Source: Alistipes sp. (GTDB lineage Bacteria > Bacteroidota > Bacteroidia > Bacteroidales > Rikenellaceae). From it: a stretch of 64,000 nt of DNA. Below the pieces are notes generated by a model, which worked only from the letters and a program-made list of their open reading frames with translations, did not search any database and had not been told where the DNA came from. Of this stretch, positions 9,864 to 19,091 are shown piece after piece (the first letter of the stretch is position 1; each line of letters starts with the position of its first letter). A program made the position numbers and the translations under genes. The stretch is taken from contig JBJEGV010000009.1 of assembly GCA_051875395.1 (NCBI GenBank), positions 19,756 through 83,755 on the forward strand, read 5' to 3'.

Positions 9864-11564
9864 ATGTTAGAACAAAACTTAATCAAAATGTACGAGCAGA
9901 GTTTTCGCAACAATCGCGAAATGTCGGCTCTCACCGATTATTTCACGGGTGAAACCTACTCGTATTACGGTCTTGCAAAGGAGATTGCCAAACTGCACAT
10001 CATGTTCGACGAGGCCGGCATCAAACCGAAAGACAAAATTTCGCTTGTCGGCCGCAATACGCCGCGTTGGTGTATAGTCTATTTGGCGACGATTACTTAT
10101 GGTGCAGTCATCGTGCCGATTTTGCAGGATTTCCCTCCGACGGACATCGCGCATATCGTAAACCACTCCGAAAGCCGTCTGCTGTTTTTGACCGATTCCT
10201 ATTGGGACAGTCTGGACGAGGATGCGATTCCGAATATCGAAGCAGTGATGTCGCTGACGGACTATCATGTGATTTTCGAGCGCACCGGCAAGAAACTGAC
10301 CAAGTGCATCAACAACATGACCGAGAACTACCGCAAGCGTTATCCTCACGGCTTTACGGTGGACAATATACAGTATCGCGACGTGCCTAACGACCAACTG
10401 ATTCTGCTCAACTACACTTCGGGTACGACGGGCTATTCCAAGGGCGTTATGCTGACGGTAAACAATCTGACGGGCAATGTCGTGTTCTATCAGAGCCTTT
10501 GCGACAAGTCGGGTATGCCGTATTATCACAAGGGCAGCCGCACGCTGGCATTCCTGCCGTTGGCACATGCCTACGGCTGTTCGGTCGATTTCCTGCTGCC
10601 TATGGCAACAGGCGGCCATACGACGCTGTTGGGTAAGATTCCTTCGCCGAAAATCCTTATCGAGGCATTGCAGGTGGTACGTCCGGCTGTCGTGGTGTCG
10701 GTGCCGCTGATTCTGGAAAAGGTATATCGCAAGCAGATTTTGCCGATGCTGGACAAGGGACCGTTGAGTATCGCGATGAAGGTGCCTTTGCTCAACACCG
10801 CCATCTATTCGACCATCCGCAACAAACTTTTGGATTCGTTCGGCGGCAATTTGGTGCTGTTCATCGTGGGCGGCGCGCCGATGAATCAGGAGACGGAAGC
10901 GTTCCTGCGCAAAATCCATTTCCCTCTCTCAATCGGCTACGGCATGACCGAGTGCGGCCCGATTATCAGTTTTACGCCCGACCCTGCGGCGTTCAAGAGC
11001 GGCTCGTGCGGCAAGTATGTCAAGATGCACCTCGACGTCAAGATTGATTCCGCAGACCCGCAGCATGTCCCTGGCGAAATCCTTGTCAAGGGCGAACATG
11101 TCATGCTCGGCTACTACAAGAACGAGAAGGATACCAAAGCCGTACTCGAAAAGGACGGCTGGCTGCATACGGGCGATATGGGAACGATGGACGAGGACGG
11201 TACACTCTACATCAAAGGCCGTTGCAAGACGATGATTCTGACCGGTACGGGACAGAACATCTATCCAGAGCAGATAGAGGACCGTCTCAACAATATGCCG
11301 CTCGTGTTGGAGTCGCTCGTGTTGGAGTGCGACGGTAAACTCTACGGATTGGTAGTGCCGGACTTCGAGCAGTGCGAGAAGGAGAAAATCGACCGTGCCG
11401 CGCTCGAAGATATAATGAAGGATAATCTGAAAATGCTCAACGAGCAGGTGGCTTCCTACGAGCGTTTGGTATCGCTTACAATCTATCCGACCGAGTTCGA
11501 GAAGACGCCGAAACGCAGTATCAAACGTTATCTGTACGACGTGTCGAAACTCGGCATCAATTAA
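9864..11564 (+). CDS. Long-chain fatty acid adenylating ligase (ANL superfamily; acyl-CoA or acyl-ACP synthetase)
   Basis: YTSGTTGYSKGVML, GYGMTEC, WLHTGDMG, IKGRCKTMI. Confidence 0.9.
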   Translation: MLEQNLIKMYEQSFRNNREMSALTDYFTGETYSYYGLAKEIAKLHIMFDEAGIKPKDKISLVGRNTPRWCIVYLATITYGAVIVPILQDFPPTDIAHIVNHSESRLLFLTDSYWDSLDEDAIPNIEAVMSLTDYHVIFERTGKKLTKCINNMTENYRKRYPHGFTVDNIQYRDVPNDQLILLNYTSGTTGYSKGVMLTVNNLTGNVVFYQSLCDKSGMPYYHKGSRTLAFLPLAHAYGCSVDFLLPMATGGHTTLLGKIPSPKILIEALQVVRPAVVVSVPLILEKVYRKQILPMLDKGPLSIAMKVPLLNTAIYSTIRNKLLDSFGGNLVLFIVGGAPMNQETEAFLRKIHFPLSIGYGMTECGPIISFTPDPAAFKSGSCGKYVKMHLDVKIDSADPQHVPGEILVKGEHVMLGYYKNEKDTKAVLEKDGWLHTGDMGTMDEDGTLYIKGRCKTMILTGTGQNIYPEQIEDRLNNMPLVLESLVLECDGKLYGLVVPDFEQCEKEKIDRAALEDIMKDNLKMLNEQVASYERLVSLTIYPTEFEKTPKRSIKRYLYDVSKLGIN

Positions 11565-11610
11565 GGGCGTTTGCACCGAGTGCATTCAGCCGGTTCTTAC
11601 ATAACCTGAA

Positions 11611-11651
11611 AGAGGGAGGCAAATCGCGTATTGCGGCCTTCCTCTTTTTTT
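11611..11651 (+). terminator. Rho-independent terminator
   Basis: AGAGGGAGGC...GCCTTCCTCT stem followed by a T run. Confidence 0.8.
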
Positions 11652-11825
11652 GTGCCGTTGGTGCGTGCCGGCGTGCGGAGAGCAATGCGCGGCCGACGTT
11701 TTGCGTTCTGTTTGCGACGAGGCGCAATGGCGTAACAGCGGGGTGCGGAGTTGGTAGTTTGGTGTAGAATTGTTATTTTTGCACTTGGGACAATGGCGGA
11801 TTGACCGCGTGTTGTCGGGTAATAA

Positions 11826-12935
11826 ATGGTCGGTATGAAAAGAAAATCAACGATAAGGAAGCAGAAAATAGGCGAGAATCTGATTTATTCGGCGGTTTGG
11901 ACGGTCGTATATCTCATTCCGATTATGAATGCCAAACTGATGTCGGAGTTGCATGTCAATTTCAACAATGTGCTTACGGCATGGATTAAAATTACGCCGT
12001 TCTTCCTGCTCTTCCTCATGCACAACCAACTGCTGTTCCGCCTGCTGATAAACAAAAAGCGGCATGTGGTAACCTATTTGGTAACAAGCGTTGTACTGCT
12101 CGGCGTTACCTTCTCGCTGATTGACATATACGAACGCTCCAATCTGGCAGCGGCAATATCGGGTCTCGACACGGCGGGTTTCGTCAAATCGCGACACGCC
12201 TCGCTTACCGACCTCGAATGGTATTGGAACATTCTGCTCGGAATGTTCATGTTCGGCATGAACATCGGTATCAAGATGCTCTATAAATCCATGCAGGACG
12301 ACGAGGATATGGAGAGATTGAAACGTCAAACCATTCAGGCGGAACTCGACTATCTGAAATATCAGATAAATCCCCATTTTTTCATGAATACGCTCAACAA
12401 CATCCACGCGCTGATAGACATCGATGCCGACATGGCGAAACGGTGTCTCATCGAGTTGTCGGCGATGATGCGGTATGTGGTGTACGATTCGGGTCCGGAG
12501 GGTATCTCGCTGAACAAGGATATGACTTTTATTTCAAACTACATCAGTTTGATGCGCATCCGCTATGCGCAGGAGGTCGATATCCGTTTCGACTATCCGA
12601 AAAATCTCTCCAACAAGGTGGCCATTCCGCCGTTGATATTCATCGTATTCGTCGAAAATGCCTTCAAACACGGCATAAGTTACAACCATCCCGCCTATAT
12701 CCACATCGACATCACTTACGACGGAGAGGGCTCGGTAACCGCCCGCTTTGAAAATTCGGTGCCGACACCGCGCCCGCATCACAAAAACGGCATAGGCTTG
12801 GAAAATGTACGGCGACGGTTGGAACTGATATACGGCGACAGATACAAAATGCGGATTGACGATTCGGCAGCCGACAAATACAGTGTAACGATAACAATAC
12901 CTACAATCAATCATGATAAGATGCTTGGCAATTGA
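11826..12935 (+). CDS. LytS/YehU-like sensor histidine kinase
   Basis: N-terminal TMs; ELDYLKYQINPHFFMNTLNNI, FVENAFKHG, GIGLENVRRRL; -7 box TATTTTTG at 11774-11781; alternative start 11835. Confidence 0.93.
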   Translation: MVGMKRKSTIRKQKIGENLIYSAVWTVVYLIPIMNAKLMSELHVNFNNVLTAWIKITPFFLLFLMHNQLLFRLLINKKRHVVTYLVTSVVLLGVTFSLIDIYERSNLAAAISGLDTAGFVKSRHASLTDLEWYWNILLGMFMFGMNIGIKMLYKSMQDDEDMERLKRQTIQAELDYLKYQINPHFFMNTLNNIHALIDIDADMAKRCLIELSAMMRYVVYDSGPEGISLNKDMTFISNYISLMRIRYAQEVDIRFDYPKNLSNKVAIPPLIFIVFVENAFKHGISYNHPAYIHIDITYDGEGSVTARFENSVPTPRPHHKNGIGLENVRRRLELIYGDRYKMRIDDSAADKYSVTITIPTINHDKMLGN

Positions 12936-13653
12936 CGATGAGCCGTTGGCTCTCCGACAGATAACCGGATATATAGAGAAGATTCCGTTTTTGGAACTCG
13001 TGCATACCTTTACCAATGCGGTAGAGGCGCAACGCTATCTGCTGACCGACAGTGTCGATTTGATATTCGTGGATATAAACATGCCCGATTTGAGCGGAGT
13101 GGATTTCGTGCGTTCGCTCTCCTCGTCGCCCATGGTGATATTCACTACCGCCTATTCCGAATATGCCGTCGAGGGCTTTAAGTTGGATGCGATAGATTAT
13201 CTGCTCAAACCGTTCGGCTTCGCCGAATTTTCGCACTCGGTCAACAAGGCTTATTCGCTCTATGAATTGTTGAGTCTGAAAAACCGCTCGGACAAGGCGG
13301 ACGAGGAGGCGGGCAGCGAGTCGGCAGCGGACAAGGATTATATCTCGGTGCGTGCCGACCATAAGACCTCGCTCGTCAAAGTGAGCAACATCATCTATCT
13401 CGAAAGCGAAGGCGAATATGTGCGCATGCACCTGAACGACGGCACCAAACTCGTAACGCTGTTCCGACTGAAAAATATGGAGAGCGCGTTGCCTGCCGAG
13501 ATGTTTATGCGCGTACACCGCTCCTACATCATCAATCTGAAATGCGTAACGGGCTATACGAAAGGGCGCATATTCCTCGATAACGACGACTATGTCCCTA
13601 TCGGCGATAACTACAAAGAGACGTTCGTAAAATACGTCGAGGATAAATTTTAG
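12913..13653 (+). CDS. LytTR-family response regulator
   Basis: AIDDEP, FVDINMPDLSG, FTTAYSEYAVEGF, DYLLKP, FMRVHRSYIIN. Confidence 0.95.
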   Translation: MIRCLAIDDEPLALRQITGYIEKIPFLELVHTFTNAVEAQRYLLTDSVDLIFVDINMPDLSGVDFVRSLSSSPMVIFTTAYSEYAVEGFKLDAIDYLLKPFGFAEFSHSVNKAYSLYELLSLKNRSDKADEEAGSESAADKDYISVRADHKTSLVKVSNIIYLESEGEYVRMHLNDGTKLVTLFRLKNMESALPAEMFMRVHRSYIINLKCVTGYTKGRIFLDNDDYVPIGDNYKETFVKYVEDKF

Positions 13654-14093
13654 AAGCGGGGGAAGGCATCCAACTGCCGATAACCCTCTGCCGTGCGTTC
13701 GTAGCAGTAGTGCTTGCAGCCGTTGGTCAGAATCATATAGCGCGCCCCGACGACGGTGTTGTAGCGTGCGACCTGTGCGCAGACCGTGTCGTCAATCTCC
13801 ACGTCGGGAGCCTTGCATTCGACTATCAGAAACGGTTTGCCGTCGGTGCCGACAGCCACTATGTCTGCACGTTGGGCCATGCCGTTGAGCGCAACGGGAT
13901 ACTCCTGCACGAGCGAGTGTGCGGGAATGCGGCAATACGACACCAAAAATGCCAGCACATGCCGTCGCACGCGCTCTTCGGGTGTCATCACGAGATATTT
14001 GCCTCGCAGCGCGTCCCATACATAACGGATGCCGGCAATCTCTTTGATGCGCATTTTTATAGGCGGCAATGTCAATTCCTGCTCCTTCGACAT
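13650..14093 (-). CDS. Stand-alone type I restriction HsdR N-terminal-like domain protein
   Basis: Start probably MSKEQELTLPP (14093); IWDALRGKYLVMTPEERVR, RADIV, IVECKAP, QVARYN, LTNG. Confidence 0.8.
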   Translation of the reverse strand: MSKEQELTLPPIKMRIKEIAGIRYVWDALRGKYLVMTPEERVRRHVLAFLVSYCRIPAHSLVQEYPVALNGMAQRADIVAVGTDGKPFLIVECKAPDVEIDDTVCAQVARYNTVVGARYMILTNGCKHYCYERTAEGYRQLDAFPRF

Positions 14094-14145
14094 GGCGATA
14101 TTTGGGAAAAAGTTGATAACTTTGTGCATTGTACGGAACAAAGGT

Positions 14146-15459
14146 ATGAAAATTATGAGATTTATCACTACTGTTATTTCGATATTGTGCGTCGTGTCGC
14201 TATCGGCACAGGTGCGTTATTCGTTCGATGGCGACAAGAGTGTCGGCAAAGAACCTGCACGGCGCGAGACGCTGCCATACAACAAAACCCGTGTCGTGGC
14301 AGGCGATAAGGACGAATATGCCTATATAGCCATACCTACGGCTTGGCAAATCGCCAAAAGCGAAGGCGAAACGGTCTATGATTCGCAATTTACGATGCCC
14401 GTGTCGTGGCTGAATCGGCAGGTGCTGTTGCGCGTCGGTCGGTCGTCGTCGGCATTCGGCGTGGCGGTAAACGGCAAGCGTGTGGGCTATGCGCCGAGCG
14501 GTGCAGTCGGTGCGGAGTTCAATCTGACAAAATATGTTCGGAAGGGGCGGAACACGCTGCAAATCGTTTTGTACGACGATGCGCGGGTAAATGCGATATT
14601 TACCTCTCTGCCGAGCGGAATAGCCGATGTCAAGGTCATCTGCCAACCGACCATCCGTGTCCGCGATATATTCTGCAAAGCCGCTTTGGAGAGCGGTGGC
14701 AAAACAGCGGCCGACATCGGCATCGTCGTCAAGTGCGATGCGTTGGGCGAGAAACGGTCGCGGATTGAGTATGTGCTGCGGTTCCGCGACAGCGTCGTTT
14801 TGGCAGAGGGCTATCGCGACATCAGGCTCGATATGTTGCGGGAGGATACGGTGCATATACGCGCCTCTGTTCCGAAAGAGGCTCTGTGGAGTGCGGCCGA
14901 CCCTAATCTGCTGTGCTTGGAGATTATCAACCGTATCGACGGCCGAATTGCCGAGAGCATCAGTCGCAATGTGGGCGTGAGGACGATTGAAATCCGCAAC
15001 AATGCGCTTTATATCAACGGTCGGATTGCGCCGTTGCGCCTTGCCGAGTACAACAGCGATATAGAGTTGCAGTACTTCAAGGCGAGCGGTTTCAACGGCA
15101 TAATCGCCGCCAACGGTATGGTGCCGAGCGGATTTTACGACGAGTGCGACCGTCTCGGTATTTATGTCGTCTCAGCCTCTGCGATAGATACCGAGCCTTT
15201 TGCCGATTCCGTCAAGCGCGACGGCAACCCTTGCAATCTGCCCGAGTGGCACGATACCTTCCTGTCGCGCAACGAGGACAACTATCTCGTCATGCACTCT
15301 CACCCTTCGGTCGTGGGCTACATCATCTGCCGCGGCAAGGGTACGGGCATAAATGTCTATGAATCTTATCTGCTGATGAAACGGTTGGAGCCTGCTTCGC
15401 CCATAATTTACGAAGCAGCCAACGGCGAATGGTGTACGGACAAAATTAAATTCAGATAG
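14146..15459 (+). CDS. Secreted GH2 beta-galactosidase-like protein, truncated and degenerate
   Basis: Signal peptide; sugar-binding region (QVLLRVGRSSSAFGVAVNGKRVGY, AEFNLTKYVRKGRN), Ig-like domain, partial TIM barrel (YDECDRLGIYV, HPSVVGY); -7 box TAACTTTG 14117-14124. Confidence 0.75.
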   Translation: MKIMRFITTVISILCVVSLSAQVRYSFDGDKSVGKEPARRETLPYNKTRVVAGDKDEYAYIAIPTAWQIAKSEGETVYDSQFTMPVSWLNRQVLLRVGRSSSAFGVAVNGKRVGYAPSGAVGAEFNLTKYVRKGRNTLQIVLYDDARVNAIFTSLPSGIADVKVICQPTIRVRDIFCKAALESGGKTAADIGIVVKCDALGEKRSRIEYVLRFRDSVVLAEGYRDIRLDMLREDTVHIRASVPKEALWSAADPNLLCLEIINRIDGRIAESISRNVGVRTIEIRNNALYINGRIAPLRLAEYNSDIELQYFKASGFNGIIAANGMVPSGFYDECDRLGIYVVSASAIDTEPFADSVKRDGNPCNLPEWHDTFLSRNEDNYLVMHSHPSVVGYIICRGKGTGINVYESYLLMKRLEPASPIIYEAANGEWCTDKIKFR

Positions 15460-15484
15460 CAGCCCCGTTGCCGCGTCTGCCACA

Positions 15485-15527
15485 AAAACAATATCGCCGA
15501 GGTGCAAAACCTCGGCGATATTGTTTT
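15485..15527. terminator. Bidirectional intrinsic terminator
   Basis: Perfect 18-bp inverted repeat AAAACAATATCGCCGAGG / CCTCGGCGATATTGTTTT between convergent genes. Confidence 0.85.
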
Positions 15528-15541
15528 GGCTCGGCAAGCCG

Positions 15542-16774
15542 TTACCAGTTGAGAATCTTGCGGAAATCGTAAGCCTCCGGATTGGCGACATACTCCTTTG
15601 CCGCTTCATAGTCGGCAGGGGTGATGTAGTTGAGGAGGTTGTTGATGACCTGCTGAATCTTGTCCGACTCGATATTGACCAAACGAGGCGGAATCTTGCC
15701 GGTTGCAGGGTCCTGCAAATCTTTCAGATAGAGCGGCGATACGAAGCCCTCTTGGCTGATATATACCATGCAGCCCGTTTTGCCCTCGGAGAAGAGTTTG
15801 TATACGCCCATTCCGAGTTCGGAGCAGTAGGTCAAATCGTATGCGATAGGGGTTTGGCAACGCACCTCGTAACCAATCTCGACAGGACGCGACTTGACTT
15901 TGAGACCGAGTTCCTTCACGCGCTTTTCGAGCAGTTCGTTGAAGATGTGAGCCTTCGACACCTTGCCCAATTCGGGATGTCCGTGTTCGTCGTACGAGAA
16001 GTGCAGACCCGATTTGGCAATCTCCTCGTTCGACAGAGCGTGGAACACACCCTCCGAGATGATTGCGGCACCATATCCCACACCCATCAGTTTGCGCTTG
16101 ATAATCGACGAGATGACGAGATTGACAATCTTTTCGATTGTGATTTCCGTCTTGTTGAACATCTCCGGAATGACAATCATCGGGTAGTGGCACGATGTAC
16201 CGATACCGAATGCGAGGTGTCCTGCCGAACGACCCATTGCGGCAACCACAAACCAGTTGGCGGATGTGCGTGCGTCGTTGTAAACGGCGCGACCGATTAC
16301 CGCACCGCCTTCGGCAGCCGATTGGTAGCCGAATGTCGGAGTACCGTCAGGCAACGGAAGGTCGTTGTCGATAGTCTTCGGAACATGGATGTTGGCGATA
16401 GGGTAGTGCTTGGCTTCGAGGAACTTCGCAATACGGTTGGCAGTCGAAGCGGTGTCGTCGCCGCCTACCGTTACCAGCAGTTTGACATTGTTGCTTTTGA
16501 AGAAATCGAGATTGAAATTCTCCTCGAAATCCTTGTCGGTCGGCTTGAGCCGGCTCATGGTCAGATACGAGCCGCCCTGATTGAAAATATAGTCGGCCTT
16601 GAAGAAATCCAAATCCTCGTAACGAGGCGACGGATTGAACAGACCCGAATAGCCGTAGTGAAGACCGATAACGCGGTAGCCTTTGGCAAGGAAGGTCTTG
16701 GCAACGCTGCCCACAACCGTATTCATACCCGGTGCAGGTCCGCCACCCGTGAGAATTGCAATAGCATCTTTCAT
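15542..16774 (-). CDS. pfp: 6-phosphofructokinase, predicted pyrophosphate-dependent
   Basis: Start MKDAIAILTGGGPAPGMN; GGDDT and PKTIDND (Asp/Lys variants typical of PPi-PFK); -7 box TACCTTTG 16829-16836. Confidence 0.85.
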   Translation of the reverse strand: MKDAIAILTGGGPAPGMNTVVGSVAKTFLAKGYRVIGLHYGYSGLFNPSPRYEDLDFFKADYIFNQGGSYLTMSRLKPTDKDFEENFNLDFFKSNNVKLLVTVGGDDTASTANRIAKFLEAKHYPIANIHVPKTIDNDLPLPDGTPTFGYQSAAEGGAVIGRAVYNDARTSANWFVVAAMGRSAGHLAFGIGTSCHYPMIVIPEMFNKTEITIEKIVNLVISSIIKRKLMGVGYGAAIISEGVFHALSNEEIAKSGLHFSYDEHGHPELGKVSKAHIFNELLEKRVKELGLKVKSRPVEIGYEVRCQTPIAYDLTYCSELGMGVYKLFSEGKTGCMVYISQEGFVSPLYLKDLQDPATGKIPPRLVNIESDKIQQVINNLLNYITPADYEAAKEYVANPEAYDFRKILNW

Positions 16775-16848
16775 AGTGTTGAATTTATTGAGATTAAACT
16801 TGTAAACCTGTCGTGTCAAAATAACGCCCAAAGGTAAGACTTTTTTTG

Positions 16849-17361
16849 CTAAATTGTATTGTCTGCCTCCTCAAAATTGAATATTTGTTGCAGGTCGTCC
16901 CATATATTCAGTACGGGCGACGATTTGCGCAGCGCACGATGCACCGTATATGCCGTACCGCCCTTGGCACCCGAGAAATAGGCTATGACGGCAGAGGAGT
17001 TGTCCACCAAAAAGTCGTTGCGCCGAAAATAAACGTCCGCCGTGTGGTGCGGCGAGAGAGTCAGGGTGCAGTCGGCTCGTTCGACAATCCGCTCGTAACG
17101 TTCGCGTTCGGCGGCAGGGAAGCGTTCGCAGTGTCCCTCGAAGGGTACGACGCAGACCAATCGCACGTCGGGCAGTTCGTTGCGGAGCGTTATTATGCTC
17201 TCGGCGGCAGCCATGTCGAAACCGACGGCCATGCCGCTCAAAAAGGTGCGGTAGCCGTCGGCATAAAGCGAACGAACGGCATCGCAAAGCCGTTCATTCG
17301 CTTCTCCCGAATAGGTGCGGTGTCCTGTAAAGGCCGCTGTCGTCGTTGCGTCGATGTGCAT
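16849..17361 (-). CDS. DUF1273 / YspA-type SLOG family protein
   Basis: AAFTGHR, FLSGMAVGFDMAAAE, RRNDFLVDNS, GGTAYTV. Confidence 0.85.
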   Translation of the reverse strand: MHIDATTTAAFTGHRTYSGEANERLCDAVRSLYADGYRTFLSGMAVGFDMAAAESIITLRNELPDVRLVCVVPFEGHCERFPAAERERYERIVERADCTLTLSPHHTADVYFRRNDFLVDNSSAVIAYFSGAKGGTAYTVHRALRKSSPVLNIWDDLQQIFNFEEADNTI

Positions 17362-17369
17362 CTGTCAGC

Positions 17370-19064
17370 CTATTTGCCGAATGCCGGGAAGGCTGCGGGA
17401 CGCTCCAATGTTTGGGTGTATCGCCCGCCGTAAGGTGTGGTTACGGTAACGGTAACCGGTGTCGTCGCCGATTGGGTCTTTACGCGATAGAGGTGTTCGA
17501 CCACCGAGAGCGTATTGCTGCGCTTGTTGCCCTTCTTCTTTTTCTTCAACGACGGACCGAGTATGGCTACCGCTCCCCAAGGGTCGCTGCTCTTGACCTC
17601 CTCGACCTGCAAAGGCCTGCCTGCTTCGGTCGCCTCTATTTCGACGTTGCGGTCGCAATACCAGCAGTTGATATAGACGTAATCGGCATATTCGGCAGCC
17701 GAATAGTCCTTTTGGTTGGACAGCAGTTCGCACAGATGTTTGAGCATCGACGCATCTTTGCTCTCGGCGTAGTATTTGCCGACGCTGTTCATGTCGTAGA
17801 ACCGCAACGGCATTTGAGAGTCGGTTTGGCTGTAATATGTGCGGTTGCGCAATTTTCCGCCATCGAAGGTACAGAGCATGAATCCTGCCCACGAGCCGTC
17901 GTCGCAGAAATTGACACCCGTCTCTTGCGGAGTTTTCCACAACTCGCCGCAGATGGACGGCAGAGTGTATTCGGTTATGTTCGGATAACCCTCGATTGGC
18001 AGACAGTGGCTTTGGTGCATGTGGCCGGCAAAGATACGGACGCTCTCGTACTCTTTGAGAATGTCGAGCAGAGCCTGTTCCTTGCCCTTTTTGAATGCCG
18101 ATTTCGCATCGCCGTTCTCGGCCATGCGGCGCAGCGGCGAGTGCATGCAGACGATAATCGGTGTCGATTTGGCAACGGCTGCCAAATCCTTGCGAAGCCA
18201 ATCGAGTTGCGCATCATCCACATATACGTCATAGTTGCGTGAACCGACGACACCCGGTTTGAGTTTCTCTTTCGGATTGACCTCGTTTTTATAGACGATG
18301 TTGTCGAGCATCACGAAATGGAAACCTCCTTTGTCCATCGAGTAGAAGGTAGGCCCGAAGACGTTGCGGTAACGGGCAGCCGCCAAAAAGTCGGTATTCT
18401 CGCCCGCAGGTACGGCCGGGTCGTTGTCGTGGTTGCCCATGACGGTATATAATTGCGTAGGATAGCCGTTTTCGGTCAAATAGGGTACTACGTTGTCGAG
18501 TCCGAAACCCGTCATCGTCCAAAAACGGTCCCATGTGATGTCGCCGAGAATGACGGTATATACGGGCGCATCCTTGATTTCTTCGTACACGCGGCGCACG
18601 ACGGGCATGTGGTTTTGCGCGAAGAACTGCAAATCGCCTCGGTCGCTGTTGCAGAAATGGGAGTCGGTACACATGATTACCGAGAAGCGGCCGTCATCGA
18701 CCTTTTTCAGTTCGAAATCGTGCCGTTCGCGTTTTTTCGGCGCGAGCGTGGTGGTTGCCCAGAAACCGGGTACGATGCCGTTTTCCTTGCCGAGCGGCTC
18801 GTAGCCCGCAGGCACGGAGAGATAAACCAATCCGTATGTCTTCTGCGAAGCAAGGCGATAGATGCCGTCGGCATCGGTACGGACGATGTTTACGCCGTCG
18901 GTTACCGCAACACCCGCAACAGGCTCGTTGCCGCAGTATACCACACCCGTCAGCGTTATATCCTTGCCGCACTTGATTTTTTTGATTTTCTCGCCCAATG
19001 CCGCATCTGCCGAAAGGGTCGCGACGAGCAGAACGAGGTACAGAGTGATTTTTTTGAAGTTCAT
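17370..19064 (-). CDS. Exported calcineurin-like metallophosphoesterase
   Basis: Signal peptide; GVAVTDG N-domain; DSH, GDITWD, GNHD, CMHSP, GHMH motifs; DGSWAGF C-terminal region. Confidence 0.88.
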   Translation of the reverse strand: MNFKKITLYLVLLVATLSADAALGEKIKKIKCGKDITLTGVVYCGNEPVAGVAVTDGVNIVRTDADGIYRLASQKTYGLVYLSVPAGYEPLGKENGIVPGFWATTTLAPKKRERHDFELKKVDDGRFSVIMCTDSHFCNSDRGDLQFFAQNHMPVVRRVYEEIKDAPVYTVILGDITWDRFWTMTGFGLDNVVPYLTENGYPTQLYTVMGNHDNDPAVPAGENTDFLAAARYRNVFGPTFYSMDKGGFHFVMLDNIVYKNEVNPKEKLKPGVVGSRNYDVYVDDAQLDWLRKDLAAVAKSTPIIVCMHSPLRRMAENGDAKSAFKKGKEQALLDILKEYESVRIFAGHMHQSHCLPIEGYPNITEYTLPSICGELWKTPQETGVNFCDDGSWAGFMLCTFDGGKLRNRTYYSQTDSQMPLRFYDMNSVGKYYAESKDASMLKHLCELLSNQKDYSAAEYADYVYINCWYCDRNVEIEATEAGRPLQVEEVKSSDPWGAVAILGPSLKKKKKGNKRSNTLSVVEHLYRVKTQSATTPVTVTVTTPYGGRYTQTLERPAAFPAFGK

Positions 19065-19091
19065 GGTCGAAAAGGTTATGTAAAAAGTTGT

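Noticed and set aside
13650-14093. Complete type I restriction-modification defence locus
   Set aside because: No hsdM, hsdS or helicase motor in the window; kept only as an orphan domain.
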